From Nitrospirota bacterium (GTDB lineage Bacteria > Nitrospirota > Thermodesulfovibrionia > Thermodesulfovibrionales > UBA9159): a stretch of 64,000 nt of DNA. Numbering within the stretch: the first letter of the stretch is position 1; each line of letters starts with the position of its first letter. Location: the NCBI GenBank assembly GCA_963699545.1, contig CAVOUE010000003.1:640001-704000 (forward strand). Reading direction: 5' to 3'. A model generated the notes under the pieces. The model ran no database searches. It was not told the origin of the DNA and worked only from the letters and a program-made list of their open reading frames with translations. A program made the translations under genes and the position numbers. Shown here one piece after another: positions 29,311 to 39,170 of the stretch.

Positions 29311-30763
29311 GTTTCAATCCACGCTCCCGCGCGGGGAGCGACCTGGCATAGCGCTAGCAGTCACGGCTGCGATGCAGTGTTTCAATCCACGCTCCCGCGC
29401 GGGGAGCGACGTCGCAGGCTGCATGAACGCCGGAGATTGGTACGTGTTTCAATCCACGCTCCCGCGCGGGGAGCGACCCCGGCAGGCATTAAGCTATCGC
29501 AGGTGATAGCATGTTTCAATCCACGCTCCCGCGCGGGGAGCGACGCACGATGCCGCTGATGCATCGTCTGCGTGAGTACACGTTTCAATCCACGCTCCCG
29601 CGCGGGGAGCGACGTACTACGCGGCGCCGACAGGCCACGATCATATCATGTTTCAATCCACGCTCCCGCGCGGGGAGCGACTCACGCATGCAGATGCATC
29701 GCGACTGCGCTGCATGTGTTTCAATCCACGCTCCCGCGCGGGGAGCGACGTTCACGCGGCCTCGACATGCCACGATCATACTGTTTCAATCCACGCTCCC
29801 GCGCGGGGAGCGACCAGCGACTCGGTCAGCGACTGACGATCTCGGAACTGGTTTCAATCCACGCTCCCGCGCGGGGAGCGACGTCCATCGCTGCAAGTCG
29901 CTCGAGCGAGTTCATGCAGTTTCAATCCACGCTCCCGCGCGGGGAGCGACAGTACAGGTCGATCCATGTGTGCCGCGATGCCACGAGTTTCAATCCACGC
30001 TCCCGCGCGGGGAGCGACGACTATGCAATGCGACATGTATCAGCATCATCGATGAGTTTCAATCCACGCTCCCGCGCGGGGAGCGACGGCTATCGAGGCA
30101 CGGCAGGGCACGGCGTGCGCTGGTTTCAATCCACGCTCCCGCGCGGGGAGCGACCAGACTCACGATCAGCGTATCGAATCTGGCGATGATGTTTCAATCC
30201 ACGCTCCCGCGCGGGGAGCGACATCGATGTCAGCTATGCAGCATGGCTAGGACTACGAGTTTCAATCCACGCTCCCGCGCGGGGAGCGACGCTGTCGATA
30301 GACGTACATGACGTCTATCGAGATGTTTCAATCCACGCTCCCGCGCGGGGAGCGACGTCATGCGCTGGCCTGAGACCGTGCGACTGATGTCAGTTTCAAT
30401 CCACGCTCCCGCGCGGGGAGCGACTGTCGTAGTCGCCATCAGTTGCCATGCCTGCGATCAGTTTCAATCCACGCTCCCGCGCGGGGAGCGACCTCAAGCG
30501 CATGACGTATGTCTCGGCGTTCGCATTGTTTCAATCCACGCTCCCGCGCGGGGAGCGACTCACCGTCTGCAGCTCGAACGTCGTCACGTCCAATGTGTTT
30601 CAATCCACGCTCCCGCGCGGGGAGCGACCTCGACGTCGACAGTCATCGCCGATGCCGCGATATGTTTCAATCCACGCTCCCGCGCGGGGAGCGACCGGCA
30701 CGAGCTGCCGAGATCATGCAGGTCGAGATGTGTTTCAATCCACGCTCCCGCGCGGGGAGCGAC
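29311..30763 (-). CRISPR. Type I-C CRISPR array: 22 identical 32-bp repeats and 21 spacers of 33-37 bp
   Basis: Minus-strand repeat GTCGCTCCCCGCGCGGGAGCGTGGATTGAAAC with internal hairpin; leader side lies next to cas2. Confidence 0.97.
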
Positions 30764-30950
30764 TGTTAAGGTACAACTCAAGAAAATGAAAGGAAAAACT
30801 GTGCGCTTTTTGCGAAGGCGTCCCTTTTTATCCCCGCAAAACTATCTGTTGTCAAAGAACAGTTCATATAAGGCTTTATTCAACAAGCCTTTTTTGCCTT
30901 TTGCGAACCTCCAGCTGAACCCATGTGAGCCCATAGTTCGCAGAACACAA
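30764..30950 (-). promoter_or_regulatory. CRISPR leader
   Basis: AT-rich non-coding stretch between cas2 and the first repeat, with a TGCGAAC...GTTCGCA inverted motif typical of I-C leaders. Confidence 0.8.
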
Positions 30951-31241
30951 TCATATGAGCAAAGGACCTTCTTGATCTAAAGCCTCTTTGGCCCCCACAT
31001 GCTCAACCCGATTATGCCAATTGGAACCCAGATAATAAAATCGCAGGCTGTCTTTCTCCGTATCAATCTCGGAAATCAGCCTTTCTTTCAGCATGGTCCA
31101 CTGCGCGGGATCGACAATACATTCAAACACCGAGTACTGAACTCTTTGTCCGTAATCTTGGCAGGTCTTCGCAACTCTGCGCAGCCGCCGCTGTCCCGCA
31201 GGAGTTGTCGTCGCCACATCATAGCTGACAATTACAAGCAT
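30951..31241 (-). CDS. cas2: CRISPR-associated endonuclease Cas2
   Basis: VSYDV...RRLRRVAKTCQDYGQRVQYSVFEC...DSLRFY. Confidence 0.97.
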   Translation of the reverse strand: MLVIVSYDVATTTPAGQRRLRRVAKTCQDYGQRVQYSVFECIVDPAQWTMLKERLISEIDTEKDSLRFYYLGSNWHNRVEHVGAKEALDQEGPLLI

Positions 31242-31250
31242 GGGTTATCC

Positions 31251-32282
31251 TCATTTCCAAATAAACGGCGGATAACTGTCAATATCTCCCCTGAGGTAAC
31301 GCGCCATCAACAGTGCCTGCGCATAAGGCAGAAGACCGACCGCCATCTTCTCCTTGAGAAAAGGATGCTCTATCTCCTCCTGCTTGCGTTTCTGATAAGC
31401 GACAAGGACCGTCTTTCTCGTGTCATCATCCATCCATACCGCCCCTGATTCCTTCTTCTTGAAGCCCTTGGCCTGCACCTGAGAGAGATTGATCAGAGAA
31501 AGAGTGAGCCTATCAGCGATAAACGGCCTGAACTCTTCCATAACATCGAGCGCAAGACTGTATCGCCCCGGCCGGTCCCTGTGCAAAAAGCCGACGGCCG
31601 GATCAAGCCCGACAGACTCAAGCGCCGAACGCACATCATGCATCAGGAGCGTATACAGGAATGACAGCAGGCAGTTGACGCTATCCAACGGAGGCCTCCG
31701 ATTGCGATCACAAAATGTAAAATCATCCTTTTGACACGTTATTAGGTTCCCAAAGACCTCAAAATAAGCGTTCGCCGAATCGCCTTCTATCCCGCGCAAA
31801 ACATCAAGAGGCAATTCGAACTGCAATCTTCTCATTGCGTTTGAGAGCGTCTGCGAGGCTGCTATAATTGCCTCCGAAGCGATCTTTTCCGAATGGTCTC
31901 TTAACGCCCGCTGAAGTACTGTCCGGCAGTTTGCGATCTTGCCTGTCACCATGGCGCACGCAATCGACGCGGATGCTGCCAGGTCATCGGCGCGGCGATA
32001 CTGCTCACGTCTCAGAAGGACATTGCCCGATACAGGCCCCTGGACCTTTGCGAGGAAGCCGCCGTTTTCCGTAAGAAAGCTTATCGAAACATCATTTTCT
32101 GCACAGAACCCCATGAGATACGGGCTGCACGATACCTGTCCGAAACAGACAATCCCGCCGAGTGTGTGAACAGGCACGCGGAGAGCAATTTCCCCGTCGA
32201 TTTTGACGGCAACTGTCTCGCCTTCCTTTGCGAGATAGGCTCCCTGAGTTGTTACAAAAAGAGTATTAAGCAGTTTCTTCAT
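31251..32282 (-). CDS. cas1: Type I-C Cas1
   Basis: MKKLLNTLFVTTQGAYL, LRGIEG, RRPPLD, GFLH.DRPGR.SLALD.MEEFR, YPPFIWK. Confidence 0.97.
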   Translation of the reverse strand: MKKLLNTLFVTTQGAYLAKEGETVAVKIDGEIALRVPVHTLGGIVCFGQVSCSPYLMGFCAENDVSISFLTENGGFLAKVQGPVSGNVLLRREQYRRADDLAASASIACAMVTGKIANCRTVLQRALRDHSEKIASEAIIAASQTLSNAMRRLQFELPLDVLRGIEGDSANAYFEVFGNLITCQKDDFTFCDRNRRPPLDSVNCLLSFLYTLLMHDVRSALESVGLDPAVGFLHRDRPGRYSLALDVMEEFRPFIADRLTLSLINLSQVQAKGFKKKESGAVWMDDDTRKTVLVAYQKRKQEEIEHPFLKEKMAVGLLPYAQALLMARYLRGDIDSYPPFIWK

Positions 32283-32908
32283 TCCGCCCTCAGCACGTTT
32301 TGCAAATACGAACTTGCCGACTTCGCCTTGCTACATGTTTTTGGAATACACAAATCCAGCAGTGAACATTGCTTGCACTTCTTCGAATATTCGGCTTTCG
32401 GTGTAAGCCCCGACGCTATAAGCTCACGTACTTTCTTGGCAGTGTCGTCCGTCTCCATCCTCAGTTGAACGTCGAAGACAACGTCCTGCCTTCGCCGTGT
32501 CTGCCCGTAAAAGAGAGCGCCTTCCTTAATATCAACATTCAGCATCTCCTCAAGGCAAATCGCCTGTGCGCAAAGCTGAACCTTATCGCAGTCATCCATC
32601 TTCGGTTTTCCGCGCTTGTATTCTACGGGAAAAGGAATCCATGAGCCGTCATCCATCTTATGGAATTCGACCACATCCGCCTTGCCGATAAGCCCGAGCC
32701 TGAGCGACCGCAGGGGAACGCTGTAATCTATACGGACATTCCCACGGGATTCGCATTTGTTACTATCAGCCTTCTCGTGCATGATCCTGCCCTCTGCCGT
32801 GAATAGGTTCTCAGTCCATATTTGCTCAATATGGATCAAAGCACAACGACGCGAGCAGTAAAGGTAATGGTTCAGCGCTGAGAGCATTATCGGTTCAAAA
32901 TCACCCAT
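32279..32908 (-). CDS. cas4: Cas4 exonuclease
   Basis: YC.RR, GKADVVEF, PVEYKRG, QLCAQ, C-terminal CxxCSLxxxC. Confidence 0.96.
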   Translation of the reverse strand: MGDFEPIMLSALNHYLYCSRRCALIHIEQIWTENLFTAEGRIMHEKADSNKCESRGNVRIDYSVPLRSLRLGLIGKADVVEFHKMDDGSWIPFPVEYKRGKPKMDDCDKVQLCAQAICLEEMLNVDIKEGALFYGQTRRRQDVVFDVQLRMETDDTAKKVRELIASGLTPKAEYSKKCKQCSLLDLCIPKTCSKAKSASSYLQNVLRAE

Positions 32909-32917
32909 ATCACCCCT

Positions 32918-35191
32918 CTAAATGCAGCAATGATCGTCAAAGTTCGCCAGATTGAGTACCCCAGCCATATAGCCAAGAAAGTCATCATATTCCAGCATCC
33001 AAAAATATAGGTCACCTGCTCCTTGAAGCGGCATAACACCATATTGAGACGCTTTCCAGCTATAAATCGCAACGGTTTTCTGCTGTAATTCTTGCGGCTC
33101 AATTTCTTTCCGGCTCTCACGGTCTTCAAGTCGCTGTCTCAGGTCATCATCTACAAGAACGGAAATAGTATTTGAGGCAATGACCTTGAATTTCTCTTCA
33201 ACATTGGGAAATTTCCGTGCCTTCTCGTCTTTTACAATTGGATCGTCGTCACATAGTCCCTGATTGAGGTCGCGGACTTCACGCCGCATCGCTTCCTTAC
33301 AAAAGTCAGGTGATATCTTTTGTTCTTTATACAAATCAGCCAATATGCGCGCTGACGTTCTAAACGCTGGATGCTCCTTGAGCAGATCTCCTGCCTTGAT
33401 TTTGAATATCCATAACTCGGAGGTGCCGAATTCTCCTGATCTGTTAGCCCTGCCGGAGGTCTGAATGGTACTGACCAGACTGCACTGTTCGCGCGCCGCC
33501 GATTTAAACGAAAAATCTATCCCTGCCTCGACGCATGAAGTGGCAACAAGCGTCCAATCAGTGTCGTTTTTATCTTTCAGACGCCTTTTTATTCGATCTA
33601 TGGTTATCTTGCGATGAATAGGGGCCAGCGCAGTAGATAAGTGTTCCACCTTGTCTTTATCGCCATTACGATAGCAGTTATGAAGCAGACCCTTTTGAGC
33701 ATATTCCACCTTGTTTCTATCATGCCGTCTTGCCATTTCTTTTGCTACTGCAGCAGCGGACTGGACCGTATTGAGTAGGACAAGACGGGGGCCGGGCAAT
33801 TCGGCAATCCAATCACACAATCCTTCAAGCGTGAGGGGATCATCTTTCATTCGATAGACAATTCGTTTCTGCTCCGAGTCTATTGTAGAAGCACGTACAG
33901 AGGGCGAAACCAATTCAAGTAGCTGGATTTTAGGAGAGGCAAATTCTTCCAACTCCCAAAAACGTGTGAGCGAGCCGGAAGCCATAACGATGTAGCAGCC
34001 CCAATCTTTTACAAGCTCCTGGAGCCATTTCCAAGCCTGCGGCCAGAGATGTGCTGGCAAAGCAGCATGGGCTTCATCAATAAAAATCGCGGAACCGGCC
34101 AACTGGTGCAATTTACGGAGTGTAGCGGGGTGATTGCTGGCAATGGTTTCAAAGAACTGCACGGCGGTCGTAACCGTAACCGGTGCATTCCAGAGAAAGG
34201 AAAATGCCCGGTTTGCCTCTTCCTCGAAATCGGCCTTATGGTGGTGTGCGGCAACCACCTTTTCCTGCTTCTCTCCGTCCAACACCAGCGCCTTCCGGTA
34301 GACCTCAACCGATTGATCAATAATGTTAGTGAACGGAAGGACAACAAAAACACGCCGTAGCCCCTTCTGTTTTGCAACGTTGAGCAAATGAGCCATAACA
34401 GCAGTCGTCTTACCAGTGCCAACCGGGCTATCACATGCAATCAACCCATTCTCGGCTGGTTGAGCTGTGCGGCAAGCATCATAAACTTGTTGCCGCAAAT
34501 CGTTACGTTCTCGACTATCTTTGTTATCTGTCGCCAATCCTGCAACATATTGGTCAAGAGCCGCAAGCCGCAACTCAGCAGTAAGCGCCACTTCCCCTTC
34601 AGGAACGGTGTTGCCATAATTGCGCGCCGTATCGGTATGGTCTGCATCCACAAGGCATGACAGGGCAAACCTTAAAAATGTTGGCCCCGGTGCTCGCCCT
34701 TTAGGGAAATTGGGACTGGACCCAATTTCAGCTTCATGATTATTGATATAATCTTTCAGTTTTTCATCAGTAATTTCTCTTACTGTCTTTTCACCGATTT
34801 TCGCACGAGTACGCACCCTGAACGGATACAGCTTGGATTTTTCTTCATATATTGAAGGTAAACCCACATGATGGGAGAAGATGCACACGGCGGACGGAAT
34901 TGATTTCTTTTCTAAAAGATAAGCGGCACCTGCATCCCAATGATCTACCGGAAGGGACTGTCTTGTCTTCACCTGAAGCACCTGTTGGTTGGCTTCATCA
35001 ATTTTGCCTAGGTCGTGGTATTCGGCAGCGGCGCGGACGGTTGATAATAAGAGAGCATCAAACCGAGTATGAGGTGCAATTTGGGAGGCGAATTCCAAGG
35101 CCCTTCTGACAACTTCAGATACATGCTGTTTGTAGGTCTGTTCTGGGCACCCAAACCTTTCACTGTGCGCTAAGAGAACTTTTCGGTTCAC
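32918..35191 (-). CDS. cas3: Cas3 HD nuclease/helicase
   Basis: AHS..H, HDLGK, LVDAD, PVGTGKT, DEAH, QTSGRANR. Confidence 0.95.
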   Translation of the reverse strand: MNRKVLLAHSERFGCPEQTYKQHVSEVVRRALEFASQIAPHTRFDALLLSTVRAAAEYHDLGKIDEANQQVLQVKTRQSLPVDHWDAGAAYLLEKKSIPSAVCIFSHHVGLPSIYEEKSKLYPFRVRTRAKIGEKTVREITDEKLKDYINNHEAEIGSSPNFPKGRAPGPTFLRFALSCLVDADHTDTARNYGNTVPEGEVALTAELRLAALDQYVAGLATDNKDSRERNDLRQQVYDACRTAQPAENGLIACDSPVGTGKTTAVMAHLLNVAKQKGLRRVFVVLPFTNIIDQSVEVYRKALVLDGEKQEKVVAAHHHKADFEEEANRAFSFLWNAPVTVTTAVQFFETIASNHPATLRKLHQLAGSAIFIDEAHAALPAHLWPQAWKWLQELVKDWGCYIVMASGSLTRFWELEEFASPKIQLLELVSPSVRASTIDSEQKRIVYRMKDDPLTLEGLCDWIAELPGPRLVLLNTVQSAAAVAKEMARRHDRNKVEYAQKGLLHNCYRNGDKDKVEHLSTALAPIHRKITIDRIKRRLKDKNDTDWTLVATSCVEAGIDFSFKSAAREQCSLVSTIQTSGRANRSGEFGTSELWIFKIKAGDLLKEHPAFRTSARILADLYKEQKISPDFCKEAMRREVRDLNQGLCDDDPIVKDEKARKFPNVEEKFKVIASNTISVLVDDDLRQRLEDRESRKEIEPQELQQKTVAIYSWKASQYGVMPLQGAGDLYFWMLEYDDFLGYMAGVLNLANFDDHCCI

Positions 35192-35194
35192 AAA

Positions 35195-36226
35195 CTACTC
35201 CCTCATCAAGTCCATTAGATCTCGGATGTTTGTTGGCTTACCTTCTAAATCCTTTAGTTCTTTTAGCTTGCCTTTGAAATCTTTTAAGATATCCGGATCC
35301 TCAAGTGGGTTTGGGATTAAATATTCATTTCTCTCAGCAGAAGGTTTGTCTTTATCCTTCTCTTTCTTGGGCATCAGCACGTCTATCAGGTCAAAGTCGT
35401 TGAAGGTGCCTCTTTGATTATTGTGTTCCACATACCAAGCATGTAATACCTTAACTTGATTTCGGATTAAGGATGGATTGTGCGAATAAACGTAGGGAAT
35501 CAACTCCAGAGCAACATCAACGTCTGTCTTTGTACAGCCTGACTTACTTGCCGGCGTCGGGTTGACAAAAAATGGGATGGCATATATCCCGTGTTCAACA
35601 AACTTGAAGGCACCTGGTGCCATTCCCGCAGTTTTTCCTTCCTGCACACCAGCTTTATTGGTAAGTGTAAAATCCGTCCGTAGTTCTATCGGAGCCACAG
35701 ACAGGCCAAGTCCGAAATGGACTACGCCAGTCTTTACGTTTCTCTTTAAAGCAATGGTCTCTTCCGTTTTTGCATTCTTACCTTTGCTTGTTTTCTTGGT
35801 CTGTTTTTCTCCGGCGGTTGTGCTTTCTTCTGTGTCGCCTTCTGCCTCCTCAAGGAATGTATTCCCAAAAATGCGGCCATCCCAATACTGCTGGACAAAC
35901 CGTTTTTCTTCAAGAGGCTTGGAATCGTCATCAACAATCATTTTCTTAATTTCGCCCCGCGTTCTATCACGTTCTTCCAGAATTTGAAAGCGAGTTTCAT
36001 TCACATCGAATTTATTTTGCAAATAAAGCCAGATTGGCCCTTTTTTATTTCCAACAAGATCTCTCATTTTGCGCTTAACTGATACTGGAGAGATTTCTCC
36101 AATATCCCCGCTACGTCTTCTTGGCGCTCCGTCCCTTTCCGGGTCACCGTTTGGGTTAGAATTGCGCACCTCAACTATAATCAATCCTGTTGCTCTTGGA
36201 ATGTCTGTGCTAATTGTTTTACTCAT
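35195..36226 (-). CDS. cas7: Type I-C-like Cas7 (Csd2), divergent
   Basis: NSNPNGDP....PR, SPVSVKRKMRD, YWDGRIFG, TGVVHFG. Confidence 0.88.
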   Translation of the reverse strand: MSKTISTDIPRATGLIIVEVRNSNPNGDPERDGAPRRRSGDIGEISPVSVKRKMRDLVGNKKGPIWLYLQNKFDVNETRFQILEERDRTRGEIKKMIVDDDSKPLEEKRFVQQYWDGRIFGNTFLEEAEGDTEESTTAGEKQTKKTSKGKNAKTEETIALKRNVKTGVVHFGLGLSVAPIELRTDFTLTNKAGVQEGKTAGMAPGAFKFVEHGIYAIPFFVNPTPASKSGCTKTDVDVALELIPYVYSHNPSLIRNQVKVLHAWYVEHNNQRGTFNDFDLIDVLMPKKEKDKDKPSAERNEYLIPNPLEDPDILKDFKGKLKELKDLEGKPTNIRDLMDLMRE

Positions 36227-36654
36227 GTTTTTTGTGCCTCCTTATTGTTATTTTGTAGTTCCGTACTACTTTCTTTTGAGGGTTCTTCCTCTTTTACGCC
36301 ATAAGAAAGGTATCCTATGATCAACTTCGCCTTACCCGCATTATCAATTTCTTTTGGAATTTGGGTCTCTGTCAGCCTGGCTGTAATTTCAGCGATGTCC
36401 TTAAGGCAGTTTTTAGCCGCTTGTCTTGAAATCGTGTCAGGCTTCACTCTCTTGGCCCATGAAAAATATGGGTGTGTCAATCGTTTATTGAGGGATATGA
36501 AAGCTTCCAGTGGATTCTGAAGCGCAAGAGATATGTAGTCATTACCGATTAGACGAAGCGGAACATCTCCTTTTCTCACATCAAGTGAATATTGAATATG
36601 AAGCTTGTCTGCAACTGCGAAAAACCTTCCAAGGTAAAATACATCTTCATTCAT
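36223..36654 (-). CDS. cas11: Putative small subunit Cas11c translated from inside cas8
   Basis: In-frame ATG at 36654 preceded by AAGGAGGT-ctat; 143 aa starting MNEDVFYLGRFFAV. Confidence 0.7.
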   Translation of the reverse strand: MNEDVFYLGRFFAVADKLHIQYSLDVRKGDVPLRLIGNDYISLALQNPLEAFISLNKRLTHPYFSWAKRVKPDTISRQAAKNCLKDIAEITARLTETQIPKEIDNAGKAKLIIGYLSYGVKEEEPSKESSTELQNNNKEAQKT

Positions 36655-38493
36655 ATAGACCTCCTTTCTAATTCCTTTTTTTTGTAAAAGCAGACCGTAT
36701 AGTGTCGGAAGCATGTGCAAATAATCGCTGTCTTTGAAAGTTATCTTTTCTGCGGCTGCATTCATCTTCGATAGAATGTGAGCCTGAGCACCTTTTATCT
36801 TAAGCTTCTCTATTTCAACTTTCATTGCTGCTTTTAATTTGGCGGTTATAAGAGCATGAGCACTCTTCTCTAGGACATTTTCAAGACCTGAGTCAACTCG
36901 TGCCCGAATTGACTCATCCTTCTCAAAGAGAAAATCCAGCGCATCAGAAGAAGTAAATCGTTTTGAAATTGGCATTTTCTGTTTGCCTTGTTTTCGCGTA
37001 ATCATCTCGCCATTTTGTCTCCATGCGCTATTCAGAAGCCAGATAGCTCGCGTTGGATAAATCTGTAGAGCGCCCTTTAGGACCTTTTCTTTTTTAAAAA
37101 ACCAGGGCAATACCACTTTGGGAATATTTTTGCATCCTTCCTGCCAGCGGCGAGCACCCGACATGTAGTATCGAAGTGGATAACGTCTAGAGGCAAGAAT
37201 CTTAGTATTGCCTTTGTCCACTGATGCGATAATGCCGATCACAATCTCTGCTGCCGGTTCGCTTTCGGCAATACCTTCGAATGTCTTCAACGCAGCTCCA
37301 GTAGCCTCTTCGCTTATATATATATTCTCTTGATCCTCAGCGTCATCACTATCAAAAATCCGTATCGCATTAGTGTTCATTAGCTTTGTGCAGTAGGCAA
37401 AGGCCACAGTGTTTCTATTTTCATATTTCCTGAGGCTTATCCATGTAATCCCTTCCCGGTTCTGGTCAAGAACATATTTCAAAGTCTTTCTTGCTAACTC
37501 CCTTGCATTATGTCCTGCAGGGAAAAGATCAGAGCTTGCAAGGCCGTAACGCATCAAACAAGGAATCTTTTCGAATGCGGCAAAAAGCTTTATCCGACCA
37601 AGTCCTTTACTATCGATGTTGTCATATTTCTCTGTCGCGCCAGCCATATCAAGACCAAAGGCATCCTTCCGCCCAACGGGCTTATTTGCCTTACTGCTTT
37701 GTTGTTCAAAGGTACGGGCCATCCATGTCTGCAAATTGCTGTGGTACGGAGGGAAACGCTTCTCTCCATATTCAGGTTTATCCCAATCTTTTATAGACAG
37801 GAGAAAGAGAGAGTCTCTACTGTGTTCCTTTCCACGTTCTTTCTTTTTGCCCTCTTTTTTGAACGCAAACAGCATTTCCGCGAAGTCCTTTTTCCCGGTG
37901 TCCCGTAGTTTTTTCATGAAAATGTCCCGAACCTCGTCTCGAAATTTGTCCGGCTGACAAAGACCTGATCTTCTGACCAGTTCTTTATATGCGCTGTATC
38001 CTCCCGGTTTTTCCGTAGCAGCTTCCAAATATTTTTGTTGCAGTTCATTTGGCAGTTCATTAAGACATCGTCCTATTAGCTTTAAATCATCTTTCCAAAG
38101 ATCATTACATCCCTTAATGAACGCTTGAAACTTAAGCTCCTCGATCTCTTCTTCCCGCTTGCCTTCTGCTTTACTTTTATCTCCCTTCTTTTGTTTTTCC
38201 TTAAGAGACTTAATTATGAATTTTGGTACCATGGACAGCTCACAGGTCACTTCATAAAATGCTCGGCAATTAATTACAGGGAAATATGGACCCGTGTTAC
38301 CTGTTTCCCATCTATAAACAGTTTCCATGCCGAAGTCTGGTATATCTGCATCTTCAACGTGCCCATCTCGGTCAAGGTATATTATGAAAGCCTTCTTGTT
38401 GGGAGAGCAACTTTTGAAGTTGGGATGCGATTCCCCAAAATCACAACCAAGTGCTTTTAATAGAGTGTTGGTTTCAATCCATTCATTCAGCAT
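36223..38493 (-). CDS. cas8c: Large subunit Cas8c-like protein, highly divergent (756 aa)
   Basis: Position between cas5 and cas7; C-terminal FYLGRFFAVADKLH resembles the Cas8c/Cas11c YxxGRLFA motif. Confidence 0.7.
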   Translation of the reverse strand: MLNEWIETNTLLKALGCDFGESHPNFKSCSPNKKAFIIYLDRDGHVEDADIPDFGMETVYRWETGNTGPYFPVINCRAFYEVTCELSMVPKFIIKSLKEKQKKGDKSKAEGKREEEIEELKFQAFIKGCNDLWKDDLKLIGRCLNELPNELQQKYLEAATEKPGGYSAYKELVRRSGLCQPDKFRDEVRDIFMKKLRDTGKKDFAEMLFAFKKEGKKKERGKEHSRDSLFLLSIKDWDKPEYGEKRFPPYHSNLQTWMARTFEQQSSKANKPVGRKDAFGLDMAGATEKYDNIDSKGLGRIKLFAAFEKIPCLMRYGLASSDLFPAGHNARELARKTLKYVLDQNREGITWISLRKYENRNTVAFAYCTKLMNTNAIRIFDSDDAEDQENIYISEEATGAALKTFEGIAESEPAAEIVIGIIASVDKGNTKILASRRYPLRYYMSGARRWQEGCKNIPKVVLPWFFKKEKVLKGALQIYPTRAIWLLNSAWRQNGEMITRKQGKQKMPISKRFTSSDALDFLFEKDESIRARVDSGLENVLEKSAHALITAKLKAAMKVEIEKLKIKGAQAHILSKMNAAAEKITFKDSDYLHMLPTLYGLLLQKKGIRKEVYMNEDVFYLGRFFAVADKLHIQYSLDVRKGDVPLRLIGNDYISLALQNPLEAFISLNKRLTHPYFSWAKRVKPDTISRQAAKNCLKDIAEITARLTETQIPKEIDNAGKAKLIIGYLSYGVKEEEPSKESSTELQNNNKEAQKT

Positions 38494-39136
38494 AATTTAG
38501 CCTCCCATTCTCAATCGTCCGCCCAGAGAGGCTCTGCACATACTTTGGATCGCAGACGCTGGTTTCAGAATCAAACACACAATATAGGAATGACGATAAG
38601 GTTTCATTAATAGATGTTTGCACCTTTCTGTTTTCAATATCATTTCTGATATGACCTACGTAATTAGGTACAAACTCACGCCATCCGAGACAGGGGATAT
38701 CATAAAACTGGCCCTTATTAAGACGCCTATTAAAGATTTCTTGGCAAGCATGTTGTGAATTAATTTTACTAAGTCGTGAGGCTTCTGCAAGGCTTTTCGG
38801 TACATATTCGAAATTTTCAATTCTTGCGTAAAGCCTATAACAAACGTTGATTAGAACAGTAGCCTTATGTTGAAAAGAATCGTTTTTCGTAATTTGGTCT
38901 CCTTTCCTAAGCGGGCCACCGTAGTTCGTAGTGTAATCGTGGTAAATTATCGGGGCACAGATCTCAACAGCGGTCGGGTTGATAATTACATTCTTCAAGC
39001 GTGCAATTGACTCAAAAATACCCTTTGCCGCTGACCATGGCGGCACAGGATAGCTGATCGGTGTCGCCCCTGTATCCGGCCTTGTCCACATTGCAGTCGG
39101 ACCAGAAATTTCAAGTTTTATTTCGTATGGTTCCAT
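38483..39136 (-). CDS. cas5: Type I-C Cas5 (Cas5d)
   Basis: LEISGPTAMWTRP, SYPVP..SAAKGIFESI, PCLGWREF. Confidence 0.9.
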   Translation of the reverse strand: MEPYEIKLEISGPTAMWTRPDTGATPISYPVPPWSAAKGIFESIARLKNVIINPTAVEICAPIIYHDYTTNYGGPLRKGDQITKNDSFQHKATVLINVCYRLYARIENFEYVPKSLAEASRLSKINSQHACQEIFNRRLNKGQFYDIPCLGWREFVPNYVGHIRNDIENRKVQTSINETLSSFLYCVFDSETSVCDPKYVQSLSGRTIENGRLNYAE

Positions 39137-39170
39137 CTATGTTCCTCCCTTCATAATAATAATGATTGTC

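Noticed and set aside
29297-30980. Several repetitive ORFs (FQSTLPRGER, VSIHAPARGAT)
   Set aside because: These are translations of the CRISPR repeats, not proteins
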